64,000 bases of DNA. Source: Diplonema japonicum. Its lineage: Eukaryota; Protista; Euglenozoa: Diplonemea. Below the pieces are notes generated by a model. That model was not told where the DNA came from and searched no databases. It saw only the letters and a list, made by a program, of their open reading frames with translations. The position numbers and the translations under genes are program-made. The first letter of the stretch is position 1, and each line of letters starts with the position of its first letter. Shown here piece after piece: positions 48,231 to 59,197 of the stretch. The stretch spans positions 372,001 to 436,000 of the forward strand of contig OZ025720.1 in the NCBI GenBank assembly GCA_964019335.1, read 5' to 3'.

Positions 48231-48737
48231 TTGCCGTTTTTAATAGTCTTTTTTTTTTTTAAAAAAATTATTTTTATCGGAATAATCAACGACCTGCGTG
48301 ATACGGGGGGGAGAGGGGGATTAAAACTTAATTTCCTTACTGGGCTTTTAATATTATAGCTGAGGCATTTTTTTTTTTTTTGAAAACAACGGGGGGGGCG
48401 GGCGGGCGGGGGGAAGCTTGATGATGAAAAGGATGGCGATGAGGGAAAGAGGATTTTTAAAAATGAAGACATATTATGAGGATGACATAAAAAAAAAAAA
48501 AAATAATATTTAAAAAAAAAAAAGGCAAGTTATTATTTATGTTTTGTACACAACGATCTAAAATATTCTTCCTAATAAATATTGTAGCGAATAACCCTGC
48601 CGAACATTCTTTTTTTTTTTCCCTCTTTTTTTTTCTTCCTTCCTCTATTGTATAACATAATAATAATAACTACAGTAAGTACTATAGTAAACAGAGTGTT
48701 TCTGTTAATCACAACAAAAAAAAGGGAGCACAGTCCC

Positions 48738-48890
48738 TGCACTGTTTACTTGATTACAGGGGGGGTCCTTAATGCGTGGTGTGCAGCTCAACTCCAACCG
48801 GGGCGCCCCGGGTGCGCTCGTGCAGTTTGTAATGTGCATTTGCAATACGTTCCACTACCGGTGATGACGGACGGGGAGGTCAACAGAACA
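48738..48890 (+). repeat. Dispersed GC-rich repeat, degenerate copy 4
   Basis: TACTTGATTACAGGGG, GTCCTTAATGCGTG, GCGCTCGTGCAGTTTG and CTACCGGTGATGAC blocks colinear with copy 1. Confidence 0.7.
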
Positions 48891-48979
48891 AAAAAAAAGA
48901 ATTCCATCAAAACTTCGAAAACACTGGTTGTAATAAAATAAAACCCTGTGACATCCTCCCCCCCCCCTTTTTTTTCTTC

Positions 48980-49894
48980 TTAAACTAGTGCGACTTGGAG
49001 ATCGGGACAGTTGAAATCAATAGAGAGGGTGTTAAGACCCTTTACAGCAATTAATGCATCATCACGATTGGTGAATGTCACTGTCGCAGAGCCATAACCA
49101 TCGTTGGTAAGAGGTGAGAAGGAGCAATCCACAATGGCGCCATAAGGGGCGCATAAGTAATATATACCCGCCACGTCTACCCAAGGAGGGAGGAAGGACA
49201 CCTCCACAGGGTGATGACCGGACTTTTTAGCCAATGGGTGCTCTAATCTTCTCAGAAATTTTATCTGCCGCTCCGCCACCGCACTACCTGCACCAGCAGG
49301 GGGGGTTGACTGAACACTGGAAGGCCTACTATTGTGTTGTGGTTGTTGTGGTTGTTCTTTCTTCACTTCCACTCCTCGGTCCCAATCCCTTTCTCTACCT
49401 CCTCTGTCCCCCCTGTCTCTGTCCCCCCTGTCTCTATCTCTGTCCCTGCTGTCTCTGATTTCTCTTGAGTCCACTTTTCTGAGCTCGGCTTCGCCGTGTG
49501 CGAACGCACAAGCGCTGCCCTTCGAGCACCCCCTCCCCTCCCATTGCTTGCAAAGCACCGTTTTGTACTTTGAATGCTTCTCGTGGTTGGGTACCAGTTG
49601 TTCTTTTTTAACATGTGAGCAGGCCAAGCCCCGTGTTGGAGACATGTCCCGCTGCAGCATCTCGGGGATCCCACCGTTCAGGGTATCGATCGCGAGCTGA
49701 GCATTTTCCTGTAATTCGTACGAGACGGTGGCCTTCGGCGACCGGGTGTTCCGCCCGGGTCCTGAGCCCCCTGTCACATAGACACTGATGACGTTGCCGT
49801 AGCATGCAAATATGGCTCGAAGCTGGTCGGTGGTCACTGTCGCAGGTAGGTTCTCAACCAGAACCTTGTGACCGGTGTCATCATGGTCCGCCAT
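48980..49894 (-). CDS. RRM-CCCH-RRM RNA-binding protein
   Basis: N-terminal RRM (KVLVENLP), TTP-type YKTVLC-x7-C-x5-C-x3-H finger, RD/RG-rich linker, C-terminal RRM. Confidence 0.88.
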   Translation of the reverse strand: MADHDDTGHKVLVENLPATVTTDQLRAIFACYGNVISVYVTGGSGPGRNTRSPKATVSYELQENAQLAIDTLNGGIPEMLQRDMSPTRGLACSHVKKEQLVPNHEKHSKYKTVLCKQWEGRGCSKGSACAFAHGEAELRKVDSREIRDSRDRDRDRGDRDRGDRGGRERDWDRGVEVKKEQPQQPQHNSRPSSVQSTPPAGAGSAVAERQIKFLRRLEHPLAKKSGHHPVEVSFLPPWVDVAGIYYLCAPYGAIVDCSFSPLTNDGYGSATVTFTNRDDALIAVKGLNTLSIDFNCPDLQVALV

Positions 49895-51076
49895 CCTGAC
49901 TGGGGGGTGTGCGCGTGTGTGTGTGTGTGGAAGGCGGGAAACTTACAATAATAATAACCATTTTTCTTCCCTTCGCCTCCTTTTTTCTCTTTAATTTAAT
50001 ACGTACGGACTGCGGGGGGGGGGGGGGGGGGGGGGGGGTGGATAGTAACTAAGGGTGCGCAGGGAGAGTGCTACCCCATGGATTCGGCATTTCTTGTTTT
50101 TTTTTCTTTTTTTTTTTCTCCTTCCTTTTGGTTTTTCTTTTAAGTTTTTTTTTTTTGGCTTAGAGAAAGGTGGGGGGAGGGAGTTAACACGACGCGAATA
50201 AAAGGATCTGAGAGGGCTGCTGTCCCTTCCCAATCCAGCCGGGGATGTGAATTAAAAAAACCGGGGAAAAAAAAGGAAATTTCTATTTACCTTCTTTTTT
50301 TTTTTCTTTTCTTCTCTTCTTCTTTTTTTTTCTTCTTTTAATACTGAGAAAAGGAAAAAACTGTAATTACCAAAAGGAGAAAGGATGTACCTCTACTCCC
50401 TGTTATCCACCCAACGCAACAGGAAAGCCGGGGGGGGGGGGGGGGGAAGGGGGGGAAAGAAGTGATGGTTTGCAGTATTTACCAAATTTAGTGCATGAAG
50501 CAAGCATTAAAGGGGAACACAAGCACGTGAATTGAAAACAAGTGTTGCCCCTCCAAAGAGATAATCAGGGGGGGGAAAGGGGGGAAGGACAGACCTGGAA
50601 GTACTGGAGAGAGACAAGAAGAAATTAAAAGGAGAAGGATGCATCCCTAACAGGGGCCACTCATAAGGCTCAGGAGGTAGGGCAGTGTAAAGTGCTTTTT
50701 TTTTTTTCTTTTTTTTTTTCTCTTTTTTTTTTTTAAAACCTCAAGGTGTCATTTTTCCTTTTTCTTTTCTCTTGCTTCTTTCTCAGCATTCACGAAACGG
50801 CCAGGGAGGTTGCAGGTAAAAAAAAAAAGAAATAAGGGAAAATAAATCAATAAAACTTGAGAAAGCTGGAGAGAGTGAAGAAAAAAAAAAACCTCCCGTT
50901 CTCTACGAATGCAAGTAAGAAAAAATAATTATTATAAAAAAAATGAAGAATAAAAAAAGAATAAAAATAAAAAAGGAAAGCAAGGAAAGGGGAAAGAAAG
51001 AGAAGAAGAAAAAAAGGAAAAATATACGTTCATAAAAAAAAAAAGAACTCTTTTTTTTTTTTTTTTTTTTTTTTTT

Positions 51077-51841
51077 TCACAGCACGTCGTCTTTGATAAA
51101 CCGGTTGCCCTCTGACGTTTTCCCTGATTTTTTTTTTCCCCCAAAAGCACTCATCTACATACCCGAATAACTATGTTTTTGATAGCCAAGGAAGGTTGCA
51201 TGCTGCCCCTCTCTGCCAGGGGTGTCCTTGTAGTAAGTGTTTTCAGCTTGTGCAACGTCTTCACTGTCTGTGACCTTGCTTGCGCGGGGTGCCATGAATG
51301 CACCCTTATCCTTTGCTTGCTTGCGCTCCTCTTCCGTGACTGGGGTGGCGTCCAGAAACTTCAGTGTTGGAAGCTTGTGTATCACATAGAGACGGTACCT
51401 TTGGGCTTCCTCCTTGGTGCTTCCAACAAGCTCGTTCTTGCAGACAGGGTTGCCCAGCAGGCTGAGGTAAGTGAGCTTTGGGACCTTCCCGGAGATTGCA
51501 GTGAGCACCACCTCCAGGTCAGTGATGTTGTTCTTGTTCGCCCATAGCGTCTCCAGGCTCGGCATTTTCGGAAACCTCTCAAACTCCGAGATTTCATTGT
51601 TATCTACAATCAGCGTGGCGATGTGTGCGAACACCTCCAAGCCTCGCAGGTCGGTGATCTCATTCTCCGCTACATCCACAGTGTGCACCTGTGGGAAGAA
51701 TAGGGGAGGGTTTTATTATGTTTTTTTTTCCCTTTTTTCTTCTCTTACCTTTTCTTTCTGCGCCGGTATGTTTCTGAACGATTTCAACTCGCACCCCACT
51801 GCGTTCAGCTTCTCATCTGTCACCGTGATCTCATCTATCAT
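51077..51841 (-). CDS. LRMDA: LRMDA (C10orf11)-like leucine-rich repeat protein; 3 exons (introns 51689..51748, 51124..51162)
   Basis: LRRs plus LRRcap (YLSLLGNPVC...YRLYVIHKLPTLKFLD). The spliced last exon gives YSGKTSEGNRFIKDDVL*, like the LRMDA C-terminus. Confidence 0.85.
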
Positions 51842-51914
51842 CTTGCCTGCAACAGGTGCTTTCGATAACCAGAAGTAAATATTAAAAATAAGGGGGTAAT
51901 AAGTAACTAAGTAA

Positions 51915-53108
51915 CTACTCGTCGCTGAGATCGTCGTCGACCCCCTCCAGCCAGGGGTGGTTGAGGAGCTCCTCTGCTGACGGCCGCAGATGCCTGTTCC
52001 TTTGCAGGCACATGGTGACGAAGGTCGTGCACGCAGGGCTCGCTGTGGAGGGGAGGTCGGTGATGGGGTCGGCCGAACCCTTCGCAATGTGCCACATGAC
52101 CCCGCATGCGTCGCTGAACTGCTGCGACAAGGGAGGTGTTCCTATCAACAGCTGGATGATGGTCACACCCAACGACCAGATGTCGGCTTTCATGTCGTGC
52201 GTGCCATCTTCAGGGGACCGCACCACCTCAGGGGCCATGAACCATGGTGTGCCGACTTGTTCACCACAGTCCTCAAGTGCGGCAGCGGTGCCAAAATCTG
52301 CGAGTTTGACACGTCCCTCAGGGTCGAGCAGGATGTTCTCTCCCTTAATGTCCCTATGCACGATCCCCTTGGAGTGAAGGAACACCAACCCATTCAGAAT
52401 CTGGAACACGTAGCACCGTACTATCTCCTCAGGGAGCCCGACGTGGGGGTTGCTCGACAGCTGTGAAGACACTGTTGACGAGGTGTGGAAGCTGTTCTTT
52501 GTCTTCGCCTTGACCAGACCGCTGAGAGACCCCCCGGAGACGTACTCCATGATGATGTAGAGGGCGGTGCCTGGTTGGTTGTCCCTGAGGCACTCCTTCC
52601 TCTCTGCTGATATGTATTTCACGATGTTGGGGTGTCCTACTAGGTTCTTCATGGTTTTTATTTCCTTGATCACCTTGCGGGCTTCCTTCAGATCGGTGCT
52701 TTTAAACAGTATCTCCTTCACAGCCAGCATGGATCCCTTGTCCTTCCGCAGCCCTAAGTGGACTGTTCCAAACCCACCCGTGCCCAGCTCTTTCGTTAGT
52801 TGGATGTCTTCGAGCTTTAGTGGCTTCTTCTCAGGTCGTTTGACGACTGCTGCGCCCTTCTCCTCCATAGTCACTAGTCGCTGTGACATGAGCCGTCGGC
52901 GGGCCTTCTTTTCGTCCTCCTTTTGCATCTCACGCAGATTTTCTAACTCGTTACGCTTTGCTAGGTTCAGGTAGTTGCTCTCCGCCCCTTCGCAGCTGCT
53001 GTACTTCATCATCAGCTCTTCGAGCCTTGCACGGTACTCCCTCTCACCAACTATTCCTTCCTTGTGCCTCTCACGGAGCCCGCAGATGTCATCGGCAAGG
53101 GCCTCCAT
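51915..53108 (-). CDS. STE-group (MAP3K-like) Ser/Thr protein kinase
   Basis: GTGGFG, AVKE, HRDIKGEN, DFG, GTPWFMAPE, ADIWSLG. Confidence 0.92.
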   Translation of the reverse strand: MEALADDICGLRERHKEGIVGEREYRARLEELMMKYSSCEGAESNYLNLAKRNELENLREMQKEDEKKARRRLMSQRLVTMEEKGAAVVKRPEKKPLKLEDIQLTKELGTGGFGTVHLGLRKDKGSMLAVKEILFKSTDLKEARKVIKEIKTMKNLVGHPNIVKYISAERKECLRDNQPGTALYIIMEYVSGGSLSGLVKAKTKNSFHTSSTVSSQLSSNPHVGLPEEIVRCYVFQILNGLVFLHSKGIVHRDIKGENILLDPEGRVKLADFGTAAALEDCGEQVGTPWFMAPEVVRSPEDGTHDMKADIWSLGVTIIQLLIGTPPLSQQFSDACGVMWHIAKGSADPITDLPSTASPACTTFVTMCLQRNRHLRPSAEELLNHPWLEGVDDDLSDE

Positions 53109-53811
53109 GCCTGGCTGGGTAATAGGGAACGGCGATACGAAATATGAAGAGGAAACTAATTTTAAAAAAGAAGAAGAATAATAAAAAAAAAACCCATTAC
53201 TGATGAGGGAGAAGAAAAAGTGTTAGCAAGCACCAACGGCAGCAGTGTGCTGTATCTATCAATGCCTCGTGGGGTCCTGACCAGCTGACGCTTGTGCCTC
53301 CAATCCCTTTTCTTGCAGCATTCTTTTTTTCAATCTTTTTAGCACCGTCAGCGTTGCTCAGATGAAAGCAGAGCCTCCCATCGAAGCCGACGAGATGGAC
53401 GCAGAAGTCATGCGACCTCACGCACTCCTGTTCAGATAAAAGAAAGCCACAAACAGAAAAGAAAGGAGAGTGCAGTGCAGGGCACGGAAGGATAGGGAAA
53501 AATCCTCCCTACTAGCATCGCGTGAACTTTTCTTTCTTCCCAGCAGGGCGACATTGCAAGGGACACTTAGGGGACAAAGGGGGGTGGTGGTGGGGGGGAG
53601 GCGAACAATATTTTGCCCTTCTAAAGTTGAAGATAGACGCCTCTTTCAAGGGACATCAAGGGGACATTTCTTCCTGAAAGTAAACTTAAAAAATATTTTG
53701 AGACGCTATTTTATTCTTTCTTTTTTTCTCTTTTTTTGTTTCATTATTTCCTTCTATTTTCATTTTCCTCTATTTTCTCTGTCATTCAAAAATAAATGAA
53801 ATAGAAAGACA

Positions 53812-55935
53812 CTAGACTAGGACAGAGGGGTCAGAGGACACAGGGAGAGCAGGCTCGGGCGCACCTTTGAGGGAGCTGAAGTTGCCCAGGGGGGCGGGGA
53901 TGGGCGTGTCTTGCCAGTTGATGGTGGACGGTGTTATGGGAGGGAGGAGGACGTGGGTCTTAGAGACAGGAAGGGGGCGAGGAGTCGGAAGCCTGTCGAA
54001 AGAAAGAGCCTGTTGGAGAATGGCGGGAGGGATGGACTCTTTGTCGGGCACGTTGCCGAGAAGCACTTGAAAATGTTCAGGGGAGATGGCCGACCACAGG
54101 GAGGGGTCGTCCAGTGTCCCGCCACGCAGGAGAATCAGGTCGCACGCTTGCCGTGTTGCGGGCAGGCACCCAAGTCCTTTCCCTTGCACCTTCACCTCCC
54201 GAGCCCATCTCTCAAACGATGCAATCACAGCCTTGTAGCTCAGCACGTTCTCGTCGGTGCAATAGCAGTCCCCCCGCAGAAGTGCGTTAAACAAAACCTT
54301 GTCCAGATGCCCGAACAGCTGCCGCACAACGCACGCCACGAGGCCCTCCGCGCACCCCACCTTAGTCAGCACAGCATGCACACCTTTCACAACGTTGAAG
54401 ATCTTCGCATCGCCGTCCACCTTGCAGTCCAGTATCGAGTCCACGTTCGCCTCCACCTCGATGAGGCTCCCTTCCTGCAGCATCAGCAAGCACTTCCGCA
54501 GCGAGCACAACAGATGTGCCGAGAAGCTTAACACGACGTTCTTGTCAACAGCCTCGTCCGGCCTGCACACTTGGCCAGCGTCGAGGACCGTGTGCGCAAG
54601 GGGGTCGATCACCAGCTGCAATGGGTACTCATCGGATGTCAGCAGCGGCGCTGTGTTCAGCATCGAGAACAAGAAGGCCGCAAAGTCGCCACTCTGGTAG
54701 GACTCAGCGCAGCCTGACAGCTTCTCAGCTACTTTGCAAGCAGGCCATTCTGCAGCGATGCACCCCAACAAGTTGTAGATGGTGTTGACCCACTCTGCTG
54801 TGGTGGTGCACGGCACAGATGTGGGCTCGGGCAGAGTGCTCAGCACATCCTCGACGACAGCTAGTGTGTTGATGATAAAGCTATTCGGTTCGCCCTGCGG
54901 GTTGTTGAGCTTTGTGAGAGCGCCCCACCGCGCGAGGGCCTTCATCATGGTCTCCGCTCGGACATGCACTCCGGAGGGCACCAACAGCCAGCCTAACAGA
55001 AACACATCCGACTGGACACCCGGTCCCGCGCCAGGCACCTCACGTTTGGACCCTTCGAGCTCGTCTATGTACCGCAAGTACTTCTTGCAGTCCTCACGAG
55101 TCCCATCCAGTTTTTGGCTGCATTTCTGCAGGTCGTTGAGGCTTCGCTGCGCACCTTGCGTAGTCTTCGCTAGATCCTTTGTCAGGGCATCGATCTCTTC
55201 GCGGAGTGATTTATTCTCTTCGGCTAGTTTGAGGTGTTCCTTCATAGGAACGACTGCGCCGATGGGCGGGCGGCCAATGGGCGGCGTGGTGTGTTGGGGT
55301 GGGGGGTTGGGGAGTGCTTCGTCGTCGTCAAGATCTTCATCGTCATCTACAGAGACTTCTGTAGGAGCCTCGTCCTGGTTGGAGAGGCACCCCATGTCGG
55401 TGACGGGGATGTCGGTAACGAGGTCGGCGTCCATGCCACCGATGGACTCACGGGGGTAGCCCGAGATGATGAGTTTAAGTTCTATACCAGCACCCTTCCC
55501 GCAGGACACGTCTTGCGTCACGTCAGTGATGCTGTGCCCGAGGTTCTGGATGCCGACAGACGACGCGAGGTTGAAGGTCCCCTCCCATGACTTCTTGTCG
55601 TGTTTCCCGCCTTCGCGTGGCCGGTACTCTGTTAGCATGAAGTTCATCAGCTTCTTATGCAGTTTTGCCGCATCCTTCTTCTGGATTGTCGAAGTGAACT
55701 TCGTCTCGTAGTCCCACATCACGCTCCCCTCGTCACATGGCAGGTGTGCTGTTTTCCCTTGTAACTTGTCGCCCCTCTTCCACTTCACTTGGTACCTGTA
55801 TGTCTGTGTCATGGGATAACCTGCGGGGAACTTCGCTCCCACTACCTTCACCACAAAATCATACTGCACATCCCCCGTCCTCCTCACTGTTGTGCGCCGC
55901 CCCCCGTGGAGCTTACGCTGTTCCTCTTGCCCCAT
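53812..55935 (-). CDS. NT-C2 (EEIG1/EHBP1-type) + coiled-coil + DIL (dilute) domain protein
   Basis: N-terminal VKWKRG..GKT and FNLAS; central coiled coil; C-terminal QLFGHLDKVLFNALL..ERW..RQACDL. Likely start MGQEEQ at 55935. Confidence 0.75.
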   Translation of the reverse strand: MGQEEQRKLHGGRRTTVRRTGDVQYDFVVKVVGAKFPAGYPMTQTYRYQVKWKRGDKLQGKTAHLPCDEGSVMWDYETKFTSTIQKKDAAKLHKKLMNFMLTEYRPREGGKHDKKSWEGTFNLASSVGIQNLGHSITDVTQDVSCGKGAGIELKLIISGYPRESIGGMDADLVTDIPVTDMGCLSNQDEAPTEVSVDDDEDLDDDEALPNPPPQHTTPPIGRPPIGAVVPMKEHLKLAEENKSLREEIDALTKDLAKTTQGAQRSLNDLQKCSQKLDGTREDCKKYLRYIDELEGSKREVPGAGPGVQSDVFLLGWLLVPSGVHVRAETMMKALARWGALTKLNNPQGEPNSFIINTLAVVEDVLSTLPEPTSVPCTTTAEWVNTIYNLLGCIAAEWPACKVAEKLSGCAESYQSGDFAAFLFSMLNTAPLLTSDEYPLQLVIDPLAHTVLDAGQVCRPDEAVDKNVVLSFSAHLLCSLRKCLLMLQEGSLIEVEANVDSILDCKVDGDAKIFNVVKGVHAVLTKVGCAEGLVACVVRQLFGHLDKVLFNALLRGDCYCTDENVLSYKAVIASFERWAREVKVQGKGLGCLPATRQACDLILLRGGTLDDPSLWSAISPEHFQVLLGNVPDKESIPPAILQQALSFDRLPTPRPLPVSKTHVLLPPITPSTINWQDTPIPAPLGNFSSLKGAPEPALPVSSDPSVLV

Positions 55936-56388
55936 TTTTAGTTTTTTTTTCAGTTTTTTTTTTCCCTCCCAACCTTTTTTTTTTTTATTGCCACCAGGTT
56001 TGGATTGCAAGAAGAAAATAATAATTGCGGGGCACCAAAGGGACCAACACAGAAAGGCGGGTTGAAACAAAAACGTAGGGAGAGTAAATAAACAGGAAAA
56101 AAAATAAAAACTCAAAGTGCAGGACAAACCCCCTCATGGAGGGCCGCCCTTGTAAAAATAAAAAAATATAAAAAAACCAAAAAAAAGGACAGAGAAAGGA
56201 GAAGAAAGAAAGAATGACGCGCTGTATGGTTTCCCCCCCCCCTTTTTTTTCTTTTTTTTTTCTAACTATTTATTAAATGAAAACCAGGCTCTGATTTTAT
56301 TCAATACAACATTTTATTTAATGATGAGCTGCTCTCGCAAAGAATTTGTGTGCTGTGCAAAGCGAGTCTTTACTGAACACGGTGCAGG

Positions 56389-56883
56389 TTACTTTAGCGA
56401 CTGGATGTCACCATCCAACGATTCTGTGCACTGTGTCAAAGGGGCGGGTGCTGCAGACTTTTGCTGGCTGGTTGGATCGATTCCCTGCCACCTTTGGTTT
56501 TTAACCTTTTGTTTCCTTGTGGGCGAAAAAAAATTATTTAAGAGAGCTGATCAGAATTAAAATGTTTTTTTTTCTTCTTCTTCTTTTTCTTTTTATGCAA
56601 CAATGGACCGACACCACCGCTTGTCACGAGAGAGCTTCTCAACGCATGCACTGCAAGCCCGCTGAGGGGTCCCATACCCCATGTATTCTAATTTAACCTT
56701 GGCCTTACTATGTTCATGGCAGTACACATAACCACATGCCCTGCAGTGATGCCGTCTTATAGACCACCCAAACTTGATTCCGCAACCAGCCTCTGCGCAA
56801 CAAGGCCAAGTGTGATCCTCTTGCCAATACGGCCTCTCCAACAGACTCTCGTCATCAGGTTGATCAGAGGTGTCCTTTAGCAT
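56389..56883 (-). CDS. FYVE zinc-finger protein; probable intron ~56492..56617 and second exon
   Basis: WQED, RRHHCRACGYVYC, RACSAC. Splicing adds WQGIDPTSQQ...QSLK*. Confidence 0.8.
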
Positions 56884-57127
56884 CCCTCAACAGGGTGCTC
56901 CTTTCCTGTTGGTGGTTTTGGAAAGACACTATGCGGAATAGAATAGATTTTTTTTTCGAGCAAACTTATAATAAGAGAGGGGTCGGAATGAAATGAAATA
57001 AAGGGAAGAGGAATAGGTATTTTTTCTCTTTTTTTTCTTTGCTTATTAATGTGTGCGAGTAGAGAGGTGGGGGGGGGGGGGGGGGGGGGGCAGGAAATGA
57101 AGAGGATTTTTTTTTTTTTGAACCACC

Positions 57128-57165
<38 letters not shown>

Positions 57166-57558
57166 CTTTCTTGCGAATAAATAACATTCAACTACAAGCC
57201 ACTGTGGGACCATACAATTCTACTGGGAGAACAAAAGGGGGTGAGTGGCGGTGCTTTTTCTTTTTCTTTTTTTTTTTTGTTTTCTTGTTTCCTTCTTCTT
57301 TTTTCTTTAGAAAAAAAGTCGTTCCTGTAGCGACTGGTGTAAATGAAGAAAAGAGAAGCAATAAGAAAAGAAAATCAGAAAAAAAAAGAGGGGGTGACGA
57401 CAGGGGTTAACCATGTCAATGCAAACATAGTAGAAGAGAAGGGGGGGAAAGAAGAAGGAAGAAAAGAAAAAAAAAAGAGAAAGAGAGGAAGCGAGACTAT
57501 AGAAATAGTCCACGGTCCACAGTCTAGAAAGAAAAAAAAAAACCGATAAAAGAGCATT

Positions 57559-58863
57559 TCATCGACACCAAGGATGCTGGCCTCTCTTGTTGAGGTGCGT
57601 GCCTGGTTTCAGATTAGACTTCCGCTTCCCCATAGGGGGGTGCTGTGGGCGAATGAGCTGGGGGTAAGGAGTCTTCTCCGCCTCTGCCTTGGAAAGGGGT
57701 GTGATATCATCCTTGCCCCTGACTAGCAGTCCGTACAGCGATTCAAAGTACTTCTCTTCGGGTGAGCCCATCTCGTCGTCCACAGACTCCAGCACCATGA
57801 CTTCGCTGGGGTTAAAGCCCCCCACCAATGCAAAATCGTCATCTGAAGAGGATGCCGACGGTGTGCTGATGTTCGTCCTCAGACTGCATCTCCAGTCAGG
57901 CTCTGCCACCTTGTTCTGGCTACGCTTTGGTGGGAACGCAGTAGCAAACTCATCCACGTCGTCGAGGAACAGGCAGCTGAAGTCCACTCTGCTGGTGTCA
58001 TGTTCTGCGTCCTCGGGAAGGCCTTCCTCTGGAAAGAGGTCAAGCGCCTCCTTCGGTGCCTTCTGCCTTGACACTGGTCTATGTGACCGTGCGCCCTTCC
58101 CCCTCTCAAAGTGTTCACTCATCACTGGCCATGTTGTGCCCACATCATTGCCCAACCCGTCCCCCCGTCCCAGCGCTGCTGACCCGCTCCGCCTCCGTGC
58201 GTGCTGTATTCTCTTCATCATCCTCTCAGGCAGATGCTGTGCGCTCGACGGCCCGTTACGTGGAGCCCGTCTTCCATTCGCTTCGTTCCTCACTTTGCTG
58301 TATGGCCGTCTTGTGTCCAACCTGTTCTCAGGGCGGTACAGCCACATGTCCTCCTCCTTCACAGAGAGCTTCCTGCGCAGTTCTGTGCGGAAGGACGACA
58401 CGTGCATCGTGTTCAACGCATCGCTGCCGTCGATCATGAGGGGCCTCGTCTGCTCTAGGATCACGCTGATGTCCAGGTCGTCCTTCTCCTTCATCAGCAC
58501 CTTCCGTCTTTCGTCCTCTGCAGGGACTTTTCCTATGTTGGCAGCAGGGACCTTTCCTATGTTGGCAGCAGGCACCTTACCTATGTTGGCAGCAGGGCAA
58601 ATTACGGGGGCGGGCGAGGGGCAGCCGATGTGCCCAGTCACGGCCTTTGTGAGGATCTTCCCCCGCTTTCGTTCGTCGCTGCAGAGCTTTGAGACGCCTC
58701 TGGCGCTCACCCCGCCGAAGTCATCGTCGAACAGGCCGCCCTTCTGGTCGATGGTGATCACTCTGAAGTTGCTGCTTGGGAAGCCTTGTGCTAGGCTGCC
58801 GCACGGTCCGGGGTTCCCCACCTGCATCGATGCCTCCGCTTCCCTCCCGTCACCACGCGCCAT
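57559..58863 (-). CDS. Hypothetical, largely disordered protein
   Basis: 434-aa ORF on the cluster strand, AG-CAC-ATG start, internal 3x PAANIGKV repeat. Confidence 0.7.
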   Translation of the reverse strand: MARGDGREAEASMQVGNPGPCGSLAQGFPSSNFRVITIDQKGGLFDDDFGGVSARGVSKLCSDERKRGKILTKAVTGHIGCPSPAPVICPAANIGKVPAANIGKVPAANIGKVPAEDERRKVLMKEKDDLDISVILEQTRPLMIDGSDALNTMHVSSFRTELRRKLSVKEEDMWLYRPENRLDTRRPYSKVRNEANGRRAPRNGPSSAQHLPERMMKRIQHARRRSGSAALGRGDGLGNDVGTTWPVMSEHFERGKGARSHRPVSRQKAPKEALDLFPEEGLPEDAEHDTSRVDFSCLFLDDVDEFATAFPPKRSQNKVAEPDWRCSLRTNISTPSASSSDDDFALVGGFNPSEVMVLESVDDEMGSPEEKYFESLYGLLVRGKDDITPLSKAEAEKTPYPQLIRPQHPPMGKRKSNLKPGTHLNKRGQHPWCR

Positions 58864-59197
58864 GTGCTACTGGCTGGCAATATGCATGAAGAACAAGGGC
58901 AAAGGTAATAAGGGGTGGACGGGGGGGGTAACATAAGGATAAAAGAAGAAAACCTGACGAAAAGAAGAACCCTCATTTCTCTTTAGTTAACAGCGAAGGG
59001 AAAAAAGGGGGCGAGGGGAAACGGCGCGGAGAAAGAAAGAAGGAAAAGAAGAAAAAAAAACGTGGTAGTAAGAAGAAAAAAAAAAAGAGCGCGAAGGGGG
59101 CAACACTGGAATAAAAAAAAGAAAAGAAGAAACACTGAAATTGTACATAGGTAATTGGATATTATATGGGGGAAAGGAAAAAAGGGGGAAATATTCT

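Noticed and set aside
53197-53430. 74-aa minus-strand ORF upstream of the kinase
   Set aside because: No motif; more likely UTR or spacer sequence.
57689-58936. 415-aa plus-strand ORF
   Set aside because: Ser/Leu-rich mirror of the minus-strand gene, against the cluster orientation.
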